Of a stretch of 64,000 nucleotides of DNA, positions 14,483 to 29,574 are shown one piece after another; within the stretch, counting starts at the first letter, position 1; each line of letters opens with the position of its first letter. The DNA is from the human T2T-CHM13v2.0 reference genome, Homo sapiens: the NCBI RefSeq assembly GCF_009914755.1, contig NC_060929.1. One strand, 5' to 3'. Both the position numbers and the translations under genes were made by a program. The notes beneath the pieces were generated by a model that saw only the letters and a list, made by a program, of their open reading frames with translations, was not told where the DNA came from and ran no database searches.

Positions 14483-16569
14483 GCTTGTGCCCCTGAATCA
14501 GGTTTTCCTCAAAGGAAATTTGTACTTAACTAAGGAATGATTGGAATGTCCAGCTACTCTGTGATTAGGTAAAACTGCTGTGTCTAATAACATGGGATAG
14601 CCGGGTACTGTTCACTCATCGGCTGCAATAACATGCGAAGGTTGATAATGGGGTTTTCTCATGCCCCTTGGTAGATAGATAGGGAATTCCCAAGCACTGG
14701 GCCATGGAGCCTAGAAGGAAACCAATCCATGTATCAAACTGAAAGGGTGGAGACAAGTTAGAGAATGGAAACTGATCAGCAATGGAGAAAGAAAACAAAC
14801 ATTTATTGAGTCGTTGCTTGTAAGAGCTACTTGCTTAGGTTATAAAATCTTCCTTCAACCTGTTCTCATGAGCTTGACTTTTTATTGACCAAAAGCCCAT
14901 ATTTTTAAGTCATGATAAAGCTTGAAAATTTCACAATATAGCATCTCCATATTAAATCCTCACAGCAAATTTATCAGTAACATTACCCTGAAAGTGTCCA
15001 ACAGACTACCCTAAAGCTGGCTTCCCTTGGGGGAAGTCGGATGGCTTCAGCTATAAGTGAAGTTCAAACTTTTTCAGAGAAAGTGTTTCTAGTCCAGTAT
15101 TCAAAGTCCTCTTGTTGGGCTGGCTCAGGTCCCATGCTGCCAACACACCTATGGCTATGCCAGAGGAGTATAACATGATGATTGGGCCAAGAAAATGACA
15201 GCACACAGTTTGGACATTTCTATCATTTAAGTTTCTCCAGGCAGTTTATAGAGAGGTTAAATATAATGGGCTCTGTGTGGCCTGTCATTTCCTTTTCTTT
15301 CACATCAAGAAATGGCCATTTGTTTCTTTCTTTTCTCTTCCAAATCAATTTCTTATCTATAACAAAATATCTCTTCTGATCCAATTCTGTGACATTCTGA
15401 AGCATCAGAAGGATGTTTTTATAAAATGTTTCCATTTACAAGTAATTCTATAGCAAAGCCCCTGAGGACCATGATGCAGTGAAGTTTTAGTATAATATTC
15501 TCTTGGATGCAATAATCCATCCATTGTAGCCCATATCATGGGATACTTGGTTTAATAAGACTTTTGCTTCAGGGCATTCAATATCCATCCACTGCACTTA
15601 AGAAAATCAGGTAAAACAGGTGTTTCCTCAATTAACAATTTAGAGTTTTGTTACACAGAAAATAAGTGAACCAAAATGGAAGCTAATATTCCTAACAAAA
15701 CATACCAGTACTCTACATTTCCTGTTTTCCCAAAGACCTTGAATGAATCACTTCATGTATACATTTTAAAGTAATTAATTTAATGCATGCTTTGCAAAAA
15801 AAAAAACACAAAAAAATCATTATTTACAGCAACCTTACATTAACCAGTATGTATTTAATCATAAAAGTCTGTCAAGCAATGAAGTGTAATTTTTAACATC
15901 TAAGGAATTAACATAATATGATTAACTGAGATTTCCAATTTTATGAAAAATCTTGCTCAAATATTTTAAAATAGTGTCCCTGTTTACAAATATTTTTAAT
16001 CGTATTGTTTCTTAAGTTAACTCATTGGCAGTTTTTTTTAACTTTGGCAGAACCAGAACTTCTCCCATGCCATATAAAAAATGAATCTGTTGGTCATACC
16101 CTACTTATAATTCACTGTTGATTGCCCTCAGAAGACTAGAATCTATTCTAACATACGACCCAAGATAATTCTCATAATGAAGTAAAATTAAATTTGATTC
16201 CATTCCCAACACTCTACAAAAATTTAAACAAGTCATAAAAACCAGTTCTTCAGGGGTTTTTTTTCTAAATATTACAACTTAAAAAGAAAATCTGAAATTT
16301 TTTGAAGTCTTAAATAGTTTATCTGAAAACATTTCAAAATATCCTCAAAGAAGTTCTGAGAAAAAAATACAAAACAGAATGAGAGCAATTGGTAGAAAGA
16401 CACAGCGCCTAGGCATGTTCTCACCCACGCATGGTTTGCTCTGGTCTCCATGTACCCTGCCTGCTCAATCTATGACTTTAGAAAACCAAATTTGAAAAAC
16501 AAATCAAAATTTTCCAGCTTTCATCATTTATATAAATCTATTAACTTCAAAGAGAGCTTTGTTTATGGT

Positions 16570-16699
16570 TAGGGTGACTAATTTATCTCCCAAACCAGGA
16601 CGCTTTTGAGAATAAAAGGCGGTACTCTTAATAATTAAGCCTGCTCATTAGACATAAACTGGGACTGTCCTGGGCAAACTGGGACATAGGTTCACCCTA
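16570..16699. mobile_element. MER81-like hAT-Blackjack MITE
   Basis: Terminal inverted repeats TAGGGTGA...TCACCCTA, internal 'aaac(c/t)(a/g)ggac' repeats, and a degenerate 8-bp TSD. Confidence 0.8.
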
Positions 16700-17703
16700 C
16701 TTCTGGACAATGATAACTTAGTTAAGAGAAATGAAGTTCAGAATGAGCAGTTGGTCACTGAAAACTTCATAAAATTCTGCATTGAACTGACTTTTTTCCT
16801 TTTATTTAAAAAATTCTGAAATCTTATTGGGATAAGATCCCAATTCTTGCAGCTGACTTCTTTAGCATCTTCACTAAGCTACTATGGATTCTCCCCAATT
16901 TCTTTCATACTCACCCTGATAAAATAGATGACAAATATAACCAAATGGACACAAACTCTGGACAGACAATATTCACAACCAAAGTATTTCTAAGAGTCCA
17001 TTCTACTATTATCTTCTAAAAACCTGGGGATTTAAATGTGTCTATCTAAAACAGGGTGCTTGGAATTTTACTGACGTTTCCCTGAGCTAAATTATCTCAC
17101 CGAGCACTGCTCAAAGCTACCTACTTCTTCTTAGCCCCTGTGGATCCAGAGTTCCCTCATCTGCGAGGCTTATAGTTGGCTGTATACTACGCTGCAGTTC
17201 TCTGATGACTGGGTTGTTGTTGTTAAATTACATGAACCGCTCCAAAGGAATCAGATCTTGGGATAGCTCCAAAGGCAGGTTATTTTCCTTTCATTCCCAA
17301 TTGAGTCAGAAAAATTTATTCATTTACTAGTCAGAAAATAAATTTGATGCATGTTCCTCCGGAGATCCATGTGCTGTACCTTTTTATGGCAAAATGCCAC
17401 ATGTGCATCAGAAACGAATACTTGGTCACGTGGGCCATGGCCACAGCTGCCTGGGCCACAATTCACTCAGAGCTTGTAAGGTAAGCAAGGCTGAATCCTG
17501 AAACCACTGCAGAAACAGGCCCCCAGGGATGTCCCGGTGGTGCCTTTCCTTCTGGGGTCCCTGAGGGTACCTTCATACACGCTGGAGGTGCTGGCCTGCT
17601 GAGACTGCCTTCCCACACCAACTGTGGGGGTGTCATAGGTGTAGACACATTTTTGTGACAAGTCCCCTGCCTTTGTACCCCCACACCACAATCCCTGAAT
17701 GCT

Positions 17704-17738
17704 CTGCCATTGCCATTGCCACTGCCACTGCCACTGCC
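17704..17738. repeat. (TGCCAY)n hexanucleotide repeat
   Basis: tgccattgccattgccactgccactgccactgcca. Confidence 0.9.
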
Positions 17739-18299
17739 AGCTTATCCCCACCTTCTCCCAATTTTTCCTAATGGTTTAAAAGTAGACAACACAATCTCCT
17801 TTCCCTCAGAGTAAATGCTTATTAAAATCAGGTGTGGACTTACAATGTATATATTTTTTTAAGTTTCAAGGTATTTTTGAATAGTGCATGTCCCCAGAAA
17901 CATAAATGCTTTGAATCATTGACCGTCCAGGAATTGGTTAAACATTATGAAAGGAAGAAGTTGGCAATTAAAGTATTAGGGGAACTAAGATTTCATTCCT
18001 CTTACTGGAAAAAAAAATCACCATTATTTGAAGCTTACCAAAAAAAGAAGTTTTATGGGCATATTTTAGCCTACCATGGTATAATCAAGCATTTTTATGG
18101 ATCCCATTTATATTAATAAGGCAGTAAAGGAGGAAGCTTCAGATAAAAAAAAACTGAAGTCTCAGAATCCTTAAGAGTCCATGACAAGACAAAAGAGGAA
18201 CCCCTGTCTCCCGATTTTGCCAGCTAGACTGGACTCATTCTGCTTCCAAATTTTTACTTTTTCTTTGGTCAATGTGGGAACCCTCTGACCAGTCATGAA

Positions 18300-21100
18300 A
18301 AGTAGGACTTGATGGCCCGTCATATGAAAAGCTATTAACATAGCCACAGTTGGCCCTGAAATATGCTTTCAAGAATTTAGAAGATTTGCCAACCCCTATT
18401 TGAATTTTTCTTCAGAAAAGTGCACTTTTATTAACACCCTCTTCCCTACTGTGGATGAAAATGGTCACAATATTCTCATGGGGAAAAAAAAGAACATTCT
18501 CAAGAGCCTCTGTAGATGGAGAAATAGAGTTTCTGGCCAAGAATAAAAATGGGGAAGTCTAAAATGTTTAGAGCCTCTGATTAAACCTTCAGTGGTATAT
18601 TTCTCTCAGACAAAGCATTTGTCACAAGTAGCTTGTCTGCTTGAGTATGATTTATGTGGCTGGACTGAAATTGGCTGAATAATTTATGCTATTTATTGTT
18701 CTGGAAAGTTTCTTTTCTTAATAAATAAATAAATAATGCTGTGTTAAGAGAAGAGGAAAATAGTGGTAAATGTCAGTCACATGAGGAGGGAAAAAGTTAT
18801 TTTTCCATGTTGGAAGCTAATAAAGTGTATCTAAGAGGAATGGTCCCCACATAGAAGGGCAGGACTCTAATAGGTGAATATTCTCAGCATTTTGAATGAA
18901 ACCAATTGGCTAAGAGAAGCTGTCAAATAGGTGTGAAATGAGCTAAAATTACGAGCGATACACTTTCTTTTAAGGTACTTTGCTTTGTTCCTTACAGTGC
19001 CTTGCAGCAAAAAAAAATTTTAATTTAAATACTGAAAATGGAATGCAGCTATATTGATTTAAATTCACTAAGCAAGTATTGGAATCTATTTCCTGTTTCC
19101 TGCATAAGTGTGGAGTGTGTGTGAGTCTATGTATGTGCTCGCGTTTGAATGCTGTCAGCTTTCCTACTATTTATGAGTGAGTCACAGTTTATTAGAACCT
19201 ACCACAATGTATATTAGCATAAAACACATAACTTGAATTGTCAGTTTATAAAATTTTCAGAATGTATGATTATAGTTCTGTTCTTACTGTAGATTTTTAC
19301 ATAGCTCCAATGATTTATCCCACCTGCTGAAACACTGGGCTAATATGAAACCTTGCTTGTTTTTTGTTAGGGTTTGTTTTTGTGTGTTGGGTTGGGTTTT
19401 AGGGGTTTTTTTTCTCTTTGGTTACCACTTTATCATATAAATTTTATTCCTGAAACCTATGCCAAAGACAGAGTTATAGACAAAAGAATGGATGGATGAG
19501 TGTGCAGAAATACATGTGGCTCAATTCAGCTGAAACTGTTTTATAGATAACTCACTGTAAGCTATGACTAAAAATATTTGAAATGTTTACAGGCTGCATA
19601 ATATATATGTTTGACATATTAAAGGAGACTTCTATCAGCTGCTCAGTAACCATTCCAGAAAAACGCCTTAAAAGAACTCAAGCAAAATCACAGCCCTCAT
19701 CTGCAGTGCTGTTTCTAATTTGAAGGCAAATTCATCTCTGACATACAGCAGATTCTGTGCAGGTGGAAGCAAGCCCCTCTCTGCTCCTCTCCCTGCCAGT
19801 CAAATTATGTCATCAGTGAAGGATCACTGGTTTTTAATGATACGGTGGCCTCCATACTGAGAAGCAGTCCTAGCAGAGCAGTATGCATAGCCAATAAAAT
19901 GGCTGTCACCAAATTACAATTGACACTTAACATCACTAAATCTGCAGTGTAATTCCTTGTGACAGTTGTGTAGGTATATTAGAAGAAAATAATTTACTTC
20001 AAACCCAGCATGTTAGACACATTTTCCTGAGCGTAATTCATGTCACATTTACAGTAGCCAAAGCAAGCAGTCTCGAGGCAACCTTAATGCAGGAAGAGAT
20101 CATAGATACTAACATGTTCATTGAAGTATGATTATTTATGCATGCAATAAACAAAGCTAGAGCAGTTGTTCATTGTAGGTTTTAATTGTTATTGGGGGTT
20201 TTAATTGTTATTGGGTTTTAAATGAATATTAGCCTCTTTTTCTGTAGGGAATAAGAAAAACTATTAAAAAAAACAAAGCCACATTTTATACGGAAAACAG
20301 GCATCAGCTAAAAAGTCCGTTTTTCAGTATTAAATGGACATTCATGTGGCCCTCACTCCTACCACAGCTCCATATTATATTTGGACTTGAAATTCTGTGC
20401 CCATTACCACATGACAAATGTATACACATCCATCTTCCAAAACGCAAGTAAACTAAAAACAAGCCAGCAACTGTATTTCTCTTCTCTCAGAGTATTAACA
20501 TTGGGGAACAAAGGTTTGTGAGGCAGACTCAGTTTCTTCTGGAATGCTATTTTGATACATTCATCTGGAGCAGGTCTGCAGAAAGACCCTTCCCTGGCCT
20601 TATAAGCATATATAAATATGTGACAGAGTTAAAGGTCTCCACTCTTCAGAATGAAGTGGTTTGAATGTCTGGCGAAATGGGACTGCAAAAAATTCATTCC
20701 AACTTTGTCTCTAGGCAATTCACCTTTGGCCCAGTGATGATATGAGTCTTTCTGCTGATGGAGGAGATATAATAAGTCAGCTCAGGCAGTCTTTAGAAGG
20801 CAGGGGCCTATTTGTTAGCAGAATGAGGCAGGTGTACTCTTCTATGGGAGATTAGCTCATCCCAGCACGATAATTACCTCACAGGAAGCCCTCAAGGTTA
20901 CACATCAAATGCAGGAGCTGCAGATCCAGTCCTGGAAATGGGCATGCCTGTATCGTTAAGTAGTCTTACTTTAGAAACTCCAAATTTAAAAACACAAATC
21001 AGTGAGTGATAATTTCCCTGTCCTTTCATCAAGACATTAACACGTCTCCAGCAAGTGCAAGCTCACTGAAGAACAATAGCCTGGATTACAGCTCAGCTTC
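18300..21100. promoter_or_regulatory. Candidate conserved non-coding enhancer block
   Basis: I recognise no TEs here. Clustered motifs include CCAATAAAA (19891), CTGTCA/TGACAG (19903, 19960), TAAT and SOX-like sites. Inference only. Confidence 0.45.
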
Positions 21101-21903
21101 GAGGTGAGGGAATTAACCTCTGTCTGTCTGTCTTAGTTGATTTTCTTATCAAAGTGAGGAACTGCAAACAAGAAGTAAGAGAACCCACATTTGACTGGCT
21201 GAGGTCCTTTAGGATGTCTGTGCTATTTGCTTACTCCTACCTTTTGGAAAATAATTTGGAATGAATTGTGGATTTCCCACAACAGAATCACAGCATTACA
21301 GCTTTGTCATCAAAGTGCAAAAGGGGAAAATGGCAGTTGGAGTGACTTGGGTTTTTTATGTTACATTTAAGAACACAGATTGCTATTCCTACACCATCAT
21401 GACATTGAGGTGGCCGTTCTAACCATGTCCTGGGCTGCTGAATGCTTTAGCCGTGCTAAACAGAGCTGTGTCACTGCCGCAAGCCGTGGGCAAAAGCTAG
21501 AACCTCTCCAGTTTTCTAGGTCAGTGAGGATGACCTGTGGAATTCTTCAGCATCACTGGTCCCTGGAGCACACTCCTGACAGTATAAGGCTAAAGAGGTG
21601 GCGGTGGTCTGATTGCATGACCACAGCTGCCAGAGTTTAGCATGAGGGGGCACCAGTCATGAGGGTGCACCAAGAAAAATGGCAAAAATAGAAGCAGGAG
21701 CATGGGCAGGGGTAACATGATTAGGAGTCAGGGAGGTTCACCAGCTTTTCAGCTAGAGATGTATCAAGCCAGGTTGTTTCAAAGGGTTTCTTAGGCAGAG
21801 GCACAAACATATTCGTTAGAAAAGAACATTTGGGGAAGGCCTTCTTAAGAATGCATAATGGCAAACTATTTCACACACAAACATCAGAACTGTAAACACA
21901 AAT

Positions 21904-21990
21904 TTTTTTATTATTATTATACTTTAAGTTCTGGGATACATGTGCAGAACATGCAGGTTTGTTACATAGGTATACACGTGCCATGGTGGT
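21904..21990 (-). mobile_element. Very short L1PA 3'-end insertion
   Basis: 'ttattatactttaagttctgggatacatgtgcagaacatgcaggtttgttacataggtatacacgtgccatggtggt' with TSD AACACAAAT at 21895-21903 and 21992-22000. Confidence 0.9.
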
Positions 21991-22904
21991 GAACACAAAT
22001 ATTAATAGAGCAGTCCTGAAAAAGTTCAAGGGTAAAAGATATTTTTGTTAATAAATTGAGTTTGTATGTGATGTCTTCCCGTAAGAAATATCTATCAATT
22101 TTATACTCTGAAATGTCATTAAATTGATTATTCATTGAGGCCAGAAGAAATCTTGGTGCTCTCTCATATTGTGTAAGGTCTATTCAGTGTCAAGGACAGT
22201 GTGACAACCCCTGGAACACTGTGTCTCATGGAGTGAATTTGGGCCATCTGGCACGGTGGAGCCTTCTGAAAACCACCTCCTCTTCTAAGACCCATGTTAG
22301 TTTAGGACACCCTGCCAGGACATTTAGGAGTCCCCAAAGACCAGCCCTATCACCATGCCTCGCAAGACCCAGAGCAAGAAAAGAAATCAAATAAATACAA
22401 CTCCTTCTGTAGGAGAAGCCACGTGCAGAAATTGCACAAAAACTATTCACTCACTGATGATGTCAGAAAGCAGCATGAAAGCCTGGACACACTGATCAGA
22501 AAGTAACTTAATTTCTATTTTGAAAACATAAAATAATGTTATTCTTATATGAATTTAATGTAGAAAAATACCTTCATACAGAAGGGCTAGGTTAACAGAG
22601 GGCAGATGACATCTAATCTCTTAGTGTCCAGATGCTTCCAAACCAGGTTCTGCAACTCCCATTGTCAAAACAATTCTGATTTGTCACAGAACATCTGGCC
22701 TCTTGCCTCTTTATTAGGAACAGCATATTGGAAGATATTATTTCCCAAACTAGCAAATTTAGAATAATTCTATTAAAAAGGACTTTAAATATTTTCTTTT
22801 CTAAATACCCTCTATTTTAAAGAATGTCTTTTAGCCACTTTGGGGAAGAAAGTTGAATGTATGCACACATATATACATACACACTCAACAATTGCACATG
22901 CTGT

Positions 22905-22908
<4 letters not shown>

Positions 22909-22941
<33 letters not shown>
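22909..22941. repeat. (CA)n microsatellite, ~16 units
   Basis: Perfect AC run. Confidence 0.95.
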
Positions 22942-22943
<2 letters not shown>

Positions 22944-24079
22944 TACACCCTCCGTCATTTTATTGTTTACTCAACCTATCCTCACCCCTACCCCGACCCT
23001 TGGAAAATGTGGTTCTATTTGCAGGCCTTGTTAAGACTCTTCTATCACACTAAATACTCAGTCTCAATTTTAAAAATGAACACGTCTTTCTGAACTTACA
23101 TGTTGAATATCAAACAAAGGCCATTTTAATGTTTTCAAGGCCAGACCAATATCATGGATAAGTCTGAAAGGGATGAAAGTCAAATCATGAACTGTGTATG
23201 GCTTTGATAACCAAATAATTTCAGTGATTAAGACAGAGAAATGCGCTCTGGAATCACATTTGCATGATAAGGAAGGAGCACCACTTATTTGGGGGGTTCT
23301 CTTCTATTGACATAGATATCAGAAAAAGAAAAGAAAAATGTTCATTATGAAAACAGTTCTTTATTAGCTCCTATATGCTTAAGAATAATTTTTCAAATGA
23401 AGATTCTAGGAACATTTTAATTCCACATGAAAATGCTATTCTATATTTTGTAAGGTCTCACTTACATTGTAAGCTAAATTTTAATTTATATCCACTGATA
23501 GAGACATGTGACATCAACTGATCTTTAATATCTTATGTTTCCTTTCAAAGAGGGAAATCTAGAAATAATTATTTTCTCTATATATCTGGATATTTTAGCT
23601 TTATAAAATGAACATATAAACTGGACAACTTATTCCTTTTGTGTCCAAAGCACTATCAGTAAAGGAGGCAGCCTTTCTGTATTATCCACATTCTCCTTTT
23701 TAAATCCCATGTTATATATTATAAAATTTTTGTTCAAACAAGTCACAGAATGAAAAGATCTATATTTGTGGCACTGTTACATTTCATTTTACTGAAAAAT
23801 ACAATATAATACCATAATATGTCAAACTCATTTAGTTTATTTTTAAAAAGAGAGCAAAAATACATTTTTAAAGAAATTTAACATTTATGTTTGATATAAG
23901 CATATAAATTCACTTTTTGAATAGTTAAATTTGAATACCCAAACAGAATGTTAAATTTGTCCAAGTCACTCAAATTAGAAGGTTCTAGATTTTGCCAGAA
24001 ATTAACTTTACATGATTATAAATAAGGATTTTTTAAAGACGTTTACATCATTATTATATAAGCTTTTAAGATTAAAGTT

Positions 24080-24489
24080 CTAGTTGTCTATTGTTACAGA
24101 GCAAACTATCCCCTAAACCTTGTAACTTACCATTTTATTATTTTTTATGATTTTGTAGGTCAGAAATTAGTACAGGTCTCATATTGGGCAATTCTTTTGC
24201 TGCCTTTCCACATGGCTAGCTTGGGCTTCCTCATAGCAGGGCAATCTCGGAATCATTATATTTCTTACACAGTAGAACAGGGCTGCAAAAAAGGAAATTC
24301 CAAGCGGCAGGAAGTATACCCTTCTAATCTTTCAAGGCCTAGACCCAGAAACTGTCACTGCAGTACTTCCATATGTTCTATTGGTCAAAGCAGTCACAGA
24401 GATCACCCAGACTCAAGCCTAGGGGACACAGACCTACCTCTGAACAGGAAAAATGTCAAGGATTTTGTGGCCATCTTCGATCCACTACA
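24080..24489 (-). mobile_element. Old MaLR LTR (MLT1 family)
   Basis: 'catggctagcttgggcttcctcatagca...ttctattggtcaaagcagtcacag...ttttgtggccatctt...ccactaca'. Confidence 0.65.
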
Positions 24490-24548
24490 ACAGAATGTTT
24501 CATTTTGGAATCATCTTGTTAATAAATTTTCCTTAAAAGGGCATACAT

Positions 24549-24900
<352 letters not shown>

Positions 24901-25689
24901 TCAGGACCAATTTTAGTGTTCCCTGTAAAATAGAGAATAACTAACAAGGAAAGTCATAGAAAAGTCTAAATATAGAAACAAATTATATGTCACATGTCAC
25001 ATGGAATATAAGCCTACTATTCCCAACCTAAGAGTAAGTCAAAGAATAAAACGTAAGACTGAATTCAGGGATTGTTGTTGTTGCTGCTGCTGCTGCTGCT
25101 GTTTTATTGTTTTAAGCTGGGTTAGGAAGAAATGGTTTAGATGCATAAAAAAGTAAATTAACACATGAAAATTTAAGAGTATAGCTGTCACACTGAAACT
25201 TTGGCCTCAAAGAGTTTATGTGTCTTACCAAAACCTCAATTTAATTCTGAAAATGGTTTTGAAGCATAATTTATATGCTCAGACCAACAAGACTGATTCC
25301 ATAAGCCATACCCAGCAATCAACCTAATTACTGCACAATATTTCAGACAGCCCCCCAAATTAATCAAAGTCAAGTATATCCATACTAAAACAATCCTAAA
25401 TAATAAAAATACAGTTTTCTCTCCCATAGATAGATATGGACTAGTCAAGTTGGTTGTAGGATAATATCTATAAACTAAATTCCATGTTGCCATTGACTCC
25501 CAAAATAAATTAGAAAAGATGAATCATTTTGCACAGACAGAAACTTTTGCTTTCGCCTCTTTACCTTTTCACATTTTATGCCTTCATTCAGGATGCTTTC
25601 CATTGCCCTACCATCCCTATTTTCTTGTCTGCTACTCAGCCTTTGAAATCCCAATCCAAGTTTGGGGTAAGGCTTAGGATGTAAATGCT

Positions 25690-28265
25690 GCAAGAAAAAT
25701 TGCTCCTACTCCAACAATGAGAAAAAGCTGAGTCATCTACATCTCACCAGAAAACTGAATTGGAAAGACAAACTTCCACCTTTAGAAGTAACTGATTCTA
25801 AAAGGTGACAATCCTCTCTGAGGATAAACAGGACACATGAATTGTTTTGCCTTTGGCAGAACATGGGGGAAAGAGGCGGCAAACATAAAAGTGGGTGAGA
25901 AGAAAGCTAAAATTTTAACAAATTTTTAAAGGCCTAATGTGGGCTAACATGAAAGCTTGGAATCCTGGGAGCTCTAGATAGAAGAGGAGTCTGCACTTAC
26001 TTGGAAGCTCTTTTCCATACCAGATACTCCTGAGAAAGCTTTGGAGCAAAGCAGAAAATCTGCAGGAGGTCACCCTTGGTGGAGTAGAGGCCCCAAACCC
26101 TCAGCAACTTATTTCATAGAAAGCAAAAGCATTCAGTCTCTAGACAAGGGACAGGAAACCCTGCCCCCTCTCAGGGCCCAGGCAAAGATCCACTGTTTGT
26201 CTCTAGGAGAGGTGTCCAAAATGCCCTTGTCCCATGTCCCAGGCAAAAAAAAAAAAAAGAAGAAGAAGAAGAAACTTCTCACTAATGAAAAGGTAGAAAC
26301 ATAGAAACAAAAGTTGTCTGCCCCTAACAAAGAGACAAGAAACTGCCCCCACAAATGCCATGATCAGGTATATTGAACTAAGTAAAGCCCACTAAGGGAA
26401 GGGTACCATCCTTTCCACTGGCTCCAGGCAAAAGTACACTACCACTGAAGGAGAAATAGAAGTAAAACCTGTATGTCCCTAAGAGAGAGGCATAAAATCT
26501 GCTCTGGCTCAGATTTTTGTGCTCATACAATGGTGAGATCTGCTACCACTGGAGGAGGGGCAGCAAATTCTTTTTCCCAAGACCTCCTCTGATACAAAGC
26601 AGAGTGAGAAGCCCCACACTGAGGTACAAGAACACAAGACTTGCCTAAGAATGAGGATGGACCAGTAGAACCAAGAATTTGCTGTTTCTACCACAAATCT
26701 CATATTAAATAACAAGAATAGCAGTCTTCCATTAAAGGAGCGGAAAGAATACAATAGGAGACACTCTATGGCACAGGGGGGCGAGGCCTGTTAAAAGCTG
26801 CTAGTAGAGCAGGAACAGTAATGAAAACTCTCCAGATTCTGGGTCCCCTATAAACAAGGTAGAAGAAGCTCGATGCTGGAGGAATTGAGACTGTGTTGCA
26901 CTGCAGACAGCTAACTATAGCAGCAACAAAAATCAAACTTTATTTCTGATTGATTAAACCTCCCATACTAATGTTCTGACTGAAAAAGAGATATGCCCAT
27001 TTCTAAATATAAATACTGATGACCTCACTGTGTGTTTTCCTGCATACCATATTCAGCATTCAGTTTAAAAATACAAGACATAAAAAAGCAAGGAAAGAAA
27101 TCCCACTGTCAAGAGGTAAAGTCATTAACAGAACCAGACCTAGAGATGACCCAAATATTGGAACTACTAGATAAGGACTTTATAATAATGTGATTATTAT
27201 GTTAAAGGATCTAGTAGGAAAAGTAAGCAATATTTACAAATAGATGGGAATCCCAGCAGAGAGACGGAAATTATTTTTTAAACCAACTAGAAATGCTAAG
27301 ATAACAACATGGCAACAGAAATGAAGACTGCCTTCAACAGTTCTATCAGCAAACTGGACATAGCAGAGGAAATAATCAGTGAACTTGAAGACGGACCAAT
27401 AGAAATTATCCGAACTAAAACACAAAGAGAAAAAATAGAGTGAAAAACAGAAAAAAACAAAAACAGAAGAAATATCTAAAGAGATAATGGCTAAGAATTA
27501 TCCAAAGCTAAAAAATTACAACAAATTGTAGATCCAAGAATATTAGAGATCCCCAAGCAGAATGAAAAAAAAAAGAAAGAGAGAAAGAGAAGGAGGGAGG
27601 GAGGGAGGGAAGAGGAAAAAAGGAGAGAAAGAAAGGAGTGAGGGAGTGAATACATAGATACATTATAGGTCAAATTGTTGAAAATCAAAGATAAAGTCTT
27701 GAGGGTATTTAGAGGAAAAAAATAAATTATATGCTGGGAAACAATATCAACACACTTTTCTTTAGAAACTGTGATCATCAGAAGAAAACAATATGCTATC
27801 TTTTAAGTACTAAAAAATTTTTTAAGCCAACCCGGAATTCTATATCCAGGGAAATAACTTCCAAAAATGAAAGAGAAATAAAGCCTCTTTCCTATAAACA
27901 AAAAAATGAGAAACTTCATTGCCAGCAAACCTACACTATAATAAAGGTTAAAAGAAGTTTCTCCAATAAAAGTAATATGATACCAGATACAAATTTGGAC
28001 CTACACAAAGGAATGAAAAGTGCTAAAAAGTAGTAAATATACACACTTTTTAAATTTTATAATTTCTTTCAAAGATAACTGACTGAATAAAGCAAAAATA
28101 TTAACAACGTATTATGGGATTTACCAATATATGTAAAAGTGAAACATATGACAATGATAGTGCAAAGAATTGAAGAGAGGAAATAGAAGTTATTGTTTAA
28201 GTTCTTACACTATTATACAATAGTATAATATTATTTGGATGTAGATTTTGAAAGTTAATGATGCT
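25690..28265 (+). mobile_element. Ancient L1M 5'/ORF1-region relic
   Basis: A-rich sense strand with 'cagaaccagacctagagatgacccaaatattggaacta' and 'caacccggaattctatatccagggaaataacttcc...gagaaataaag', a decayed QPRIxYPAKxSF..EGEIK. Boundaries are approximate. Confidence 0.65.
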
Positions 28266-28644
28266 ACTACTTTTCGATAAACTCTTCACGAGATGCTGTT
28301 ATCATTCTGCAGGATAGTCCCCTCTGTCTTATTCCTATGCCTGGACATTTTTGCTTTGACCTTAGAAATTTCCCCAAATCTTGGGTTTCTTTAGTTTCAC
28401 ACTCACTATATAATGTTGGGGAAAATGTTTTTTTAATGTTGATAGACTTTTTATCCTCTGGACCTATTTCAAGTTTCAATGAAAAGATGGCCCGGAAACC
28501 AAATATACCAAAGAAAAAAGTCCAGAGTGGTCCCAGCAACAGAGAATAGGAGAAAATCAAGACAGGTCGGTACCTCCAAAACTTCCTTCTGTGGACTATA
28601 AATGTACATCCTGGCAGATTGCTGACGTATTGTGACAGGAGCAG

Positions 28645-29003
28645 TGTGTTGGTTTGCTAGGGCTGCCATAATGAAGTACCACAGACTAGATGGTTTAAAC
28701 AACAGAAGTTTATTTTCTTACAGTCCTGGAGGATCGAAGTCTGAGATGAAGGTTTCAGTGCAGTTGGCTTGCAGATGCCTGTCTTTCTGTGTCTTTTCTC
28801 TCTGGTTCTGTGTCCTTATCTCCTCTTCTTATAAGGATGCCGGTCAGATTGGATTAGGGCCCACCCCAATGATCTTATGAAACCTTAACTGCCACTTTAA
28901 AGACCTTACCTCCAAATACAGAAACAGTCACATTCTGAAAGACTAGGGATTAGAACTTAAACTTAAACACTAAATCTGAGGGAATACAATTCAGTTCATA
29001 GCA
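28645..29003 (-). mobile_element. MLT1A-like solo LTR
   Basis: 'tgtgttggtttgctagggctgccataatgaagtaccacagact...ggattagggcccacc...acaattcagttcatagca' with TSD AGCAG/GGCAG. Confidence 0.85.
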
Positions 29004-29268
29004 GGCAGCATACAAAGTTATCGATGTCAGAGGAGGCCAGCAGCCAGGTCCCAACCATGAGAACCCATGTAGTTATGTTCAAATATAAACCTAGGAAGAA
29101 CTTGAGAGGACCAGAGCAGAAATTCAGTCTACAAGAAGTAGGTATTTAAAGAAAAACAAAACAAAGCAATAAAAATATAATTTTAAGTTATTAGAATGTG
29201 TTATATCTTTAGCATAAAATAAATAATTCAAGTGTTTTATTTATATTATTTATATACAATTACTTTAA

Positions 29269-29574
<306 letters not shown>

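Noticed and set aside
21641-21674. 17-bp two-copy direct repeat CATGAGGG(G/T)GCACCA
   Set aside because: Only two copies with no spacers, so ordinary slippage and not a CRISPR-like array.
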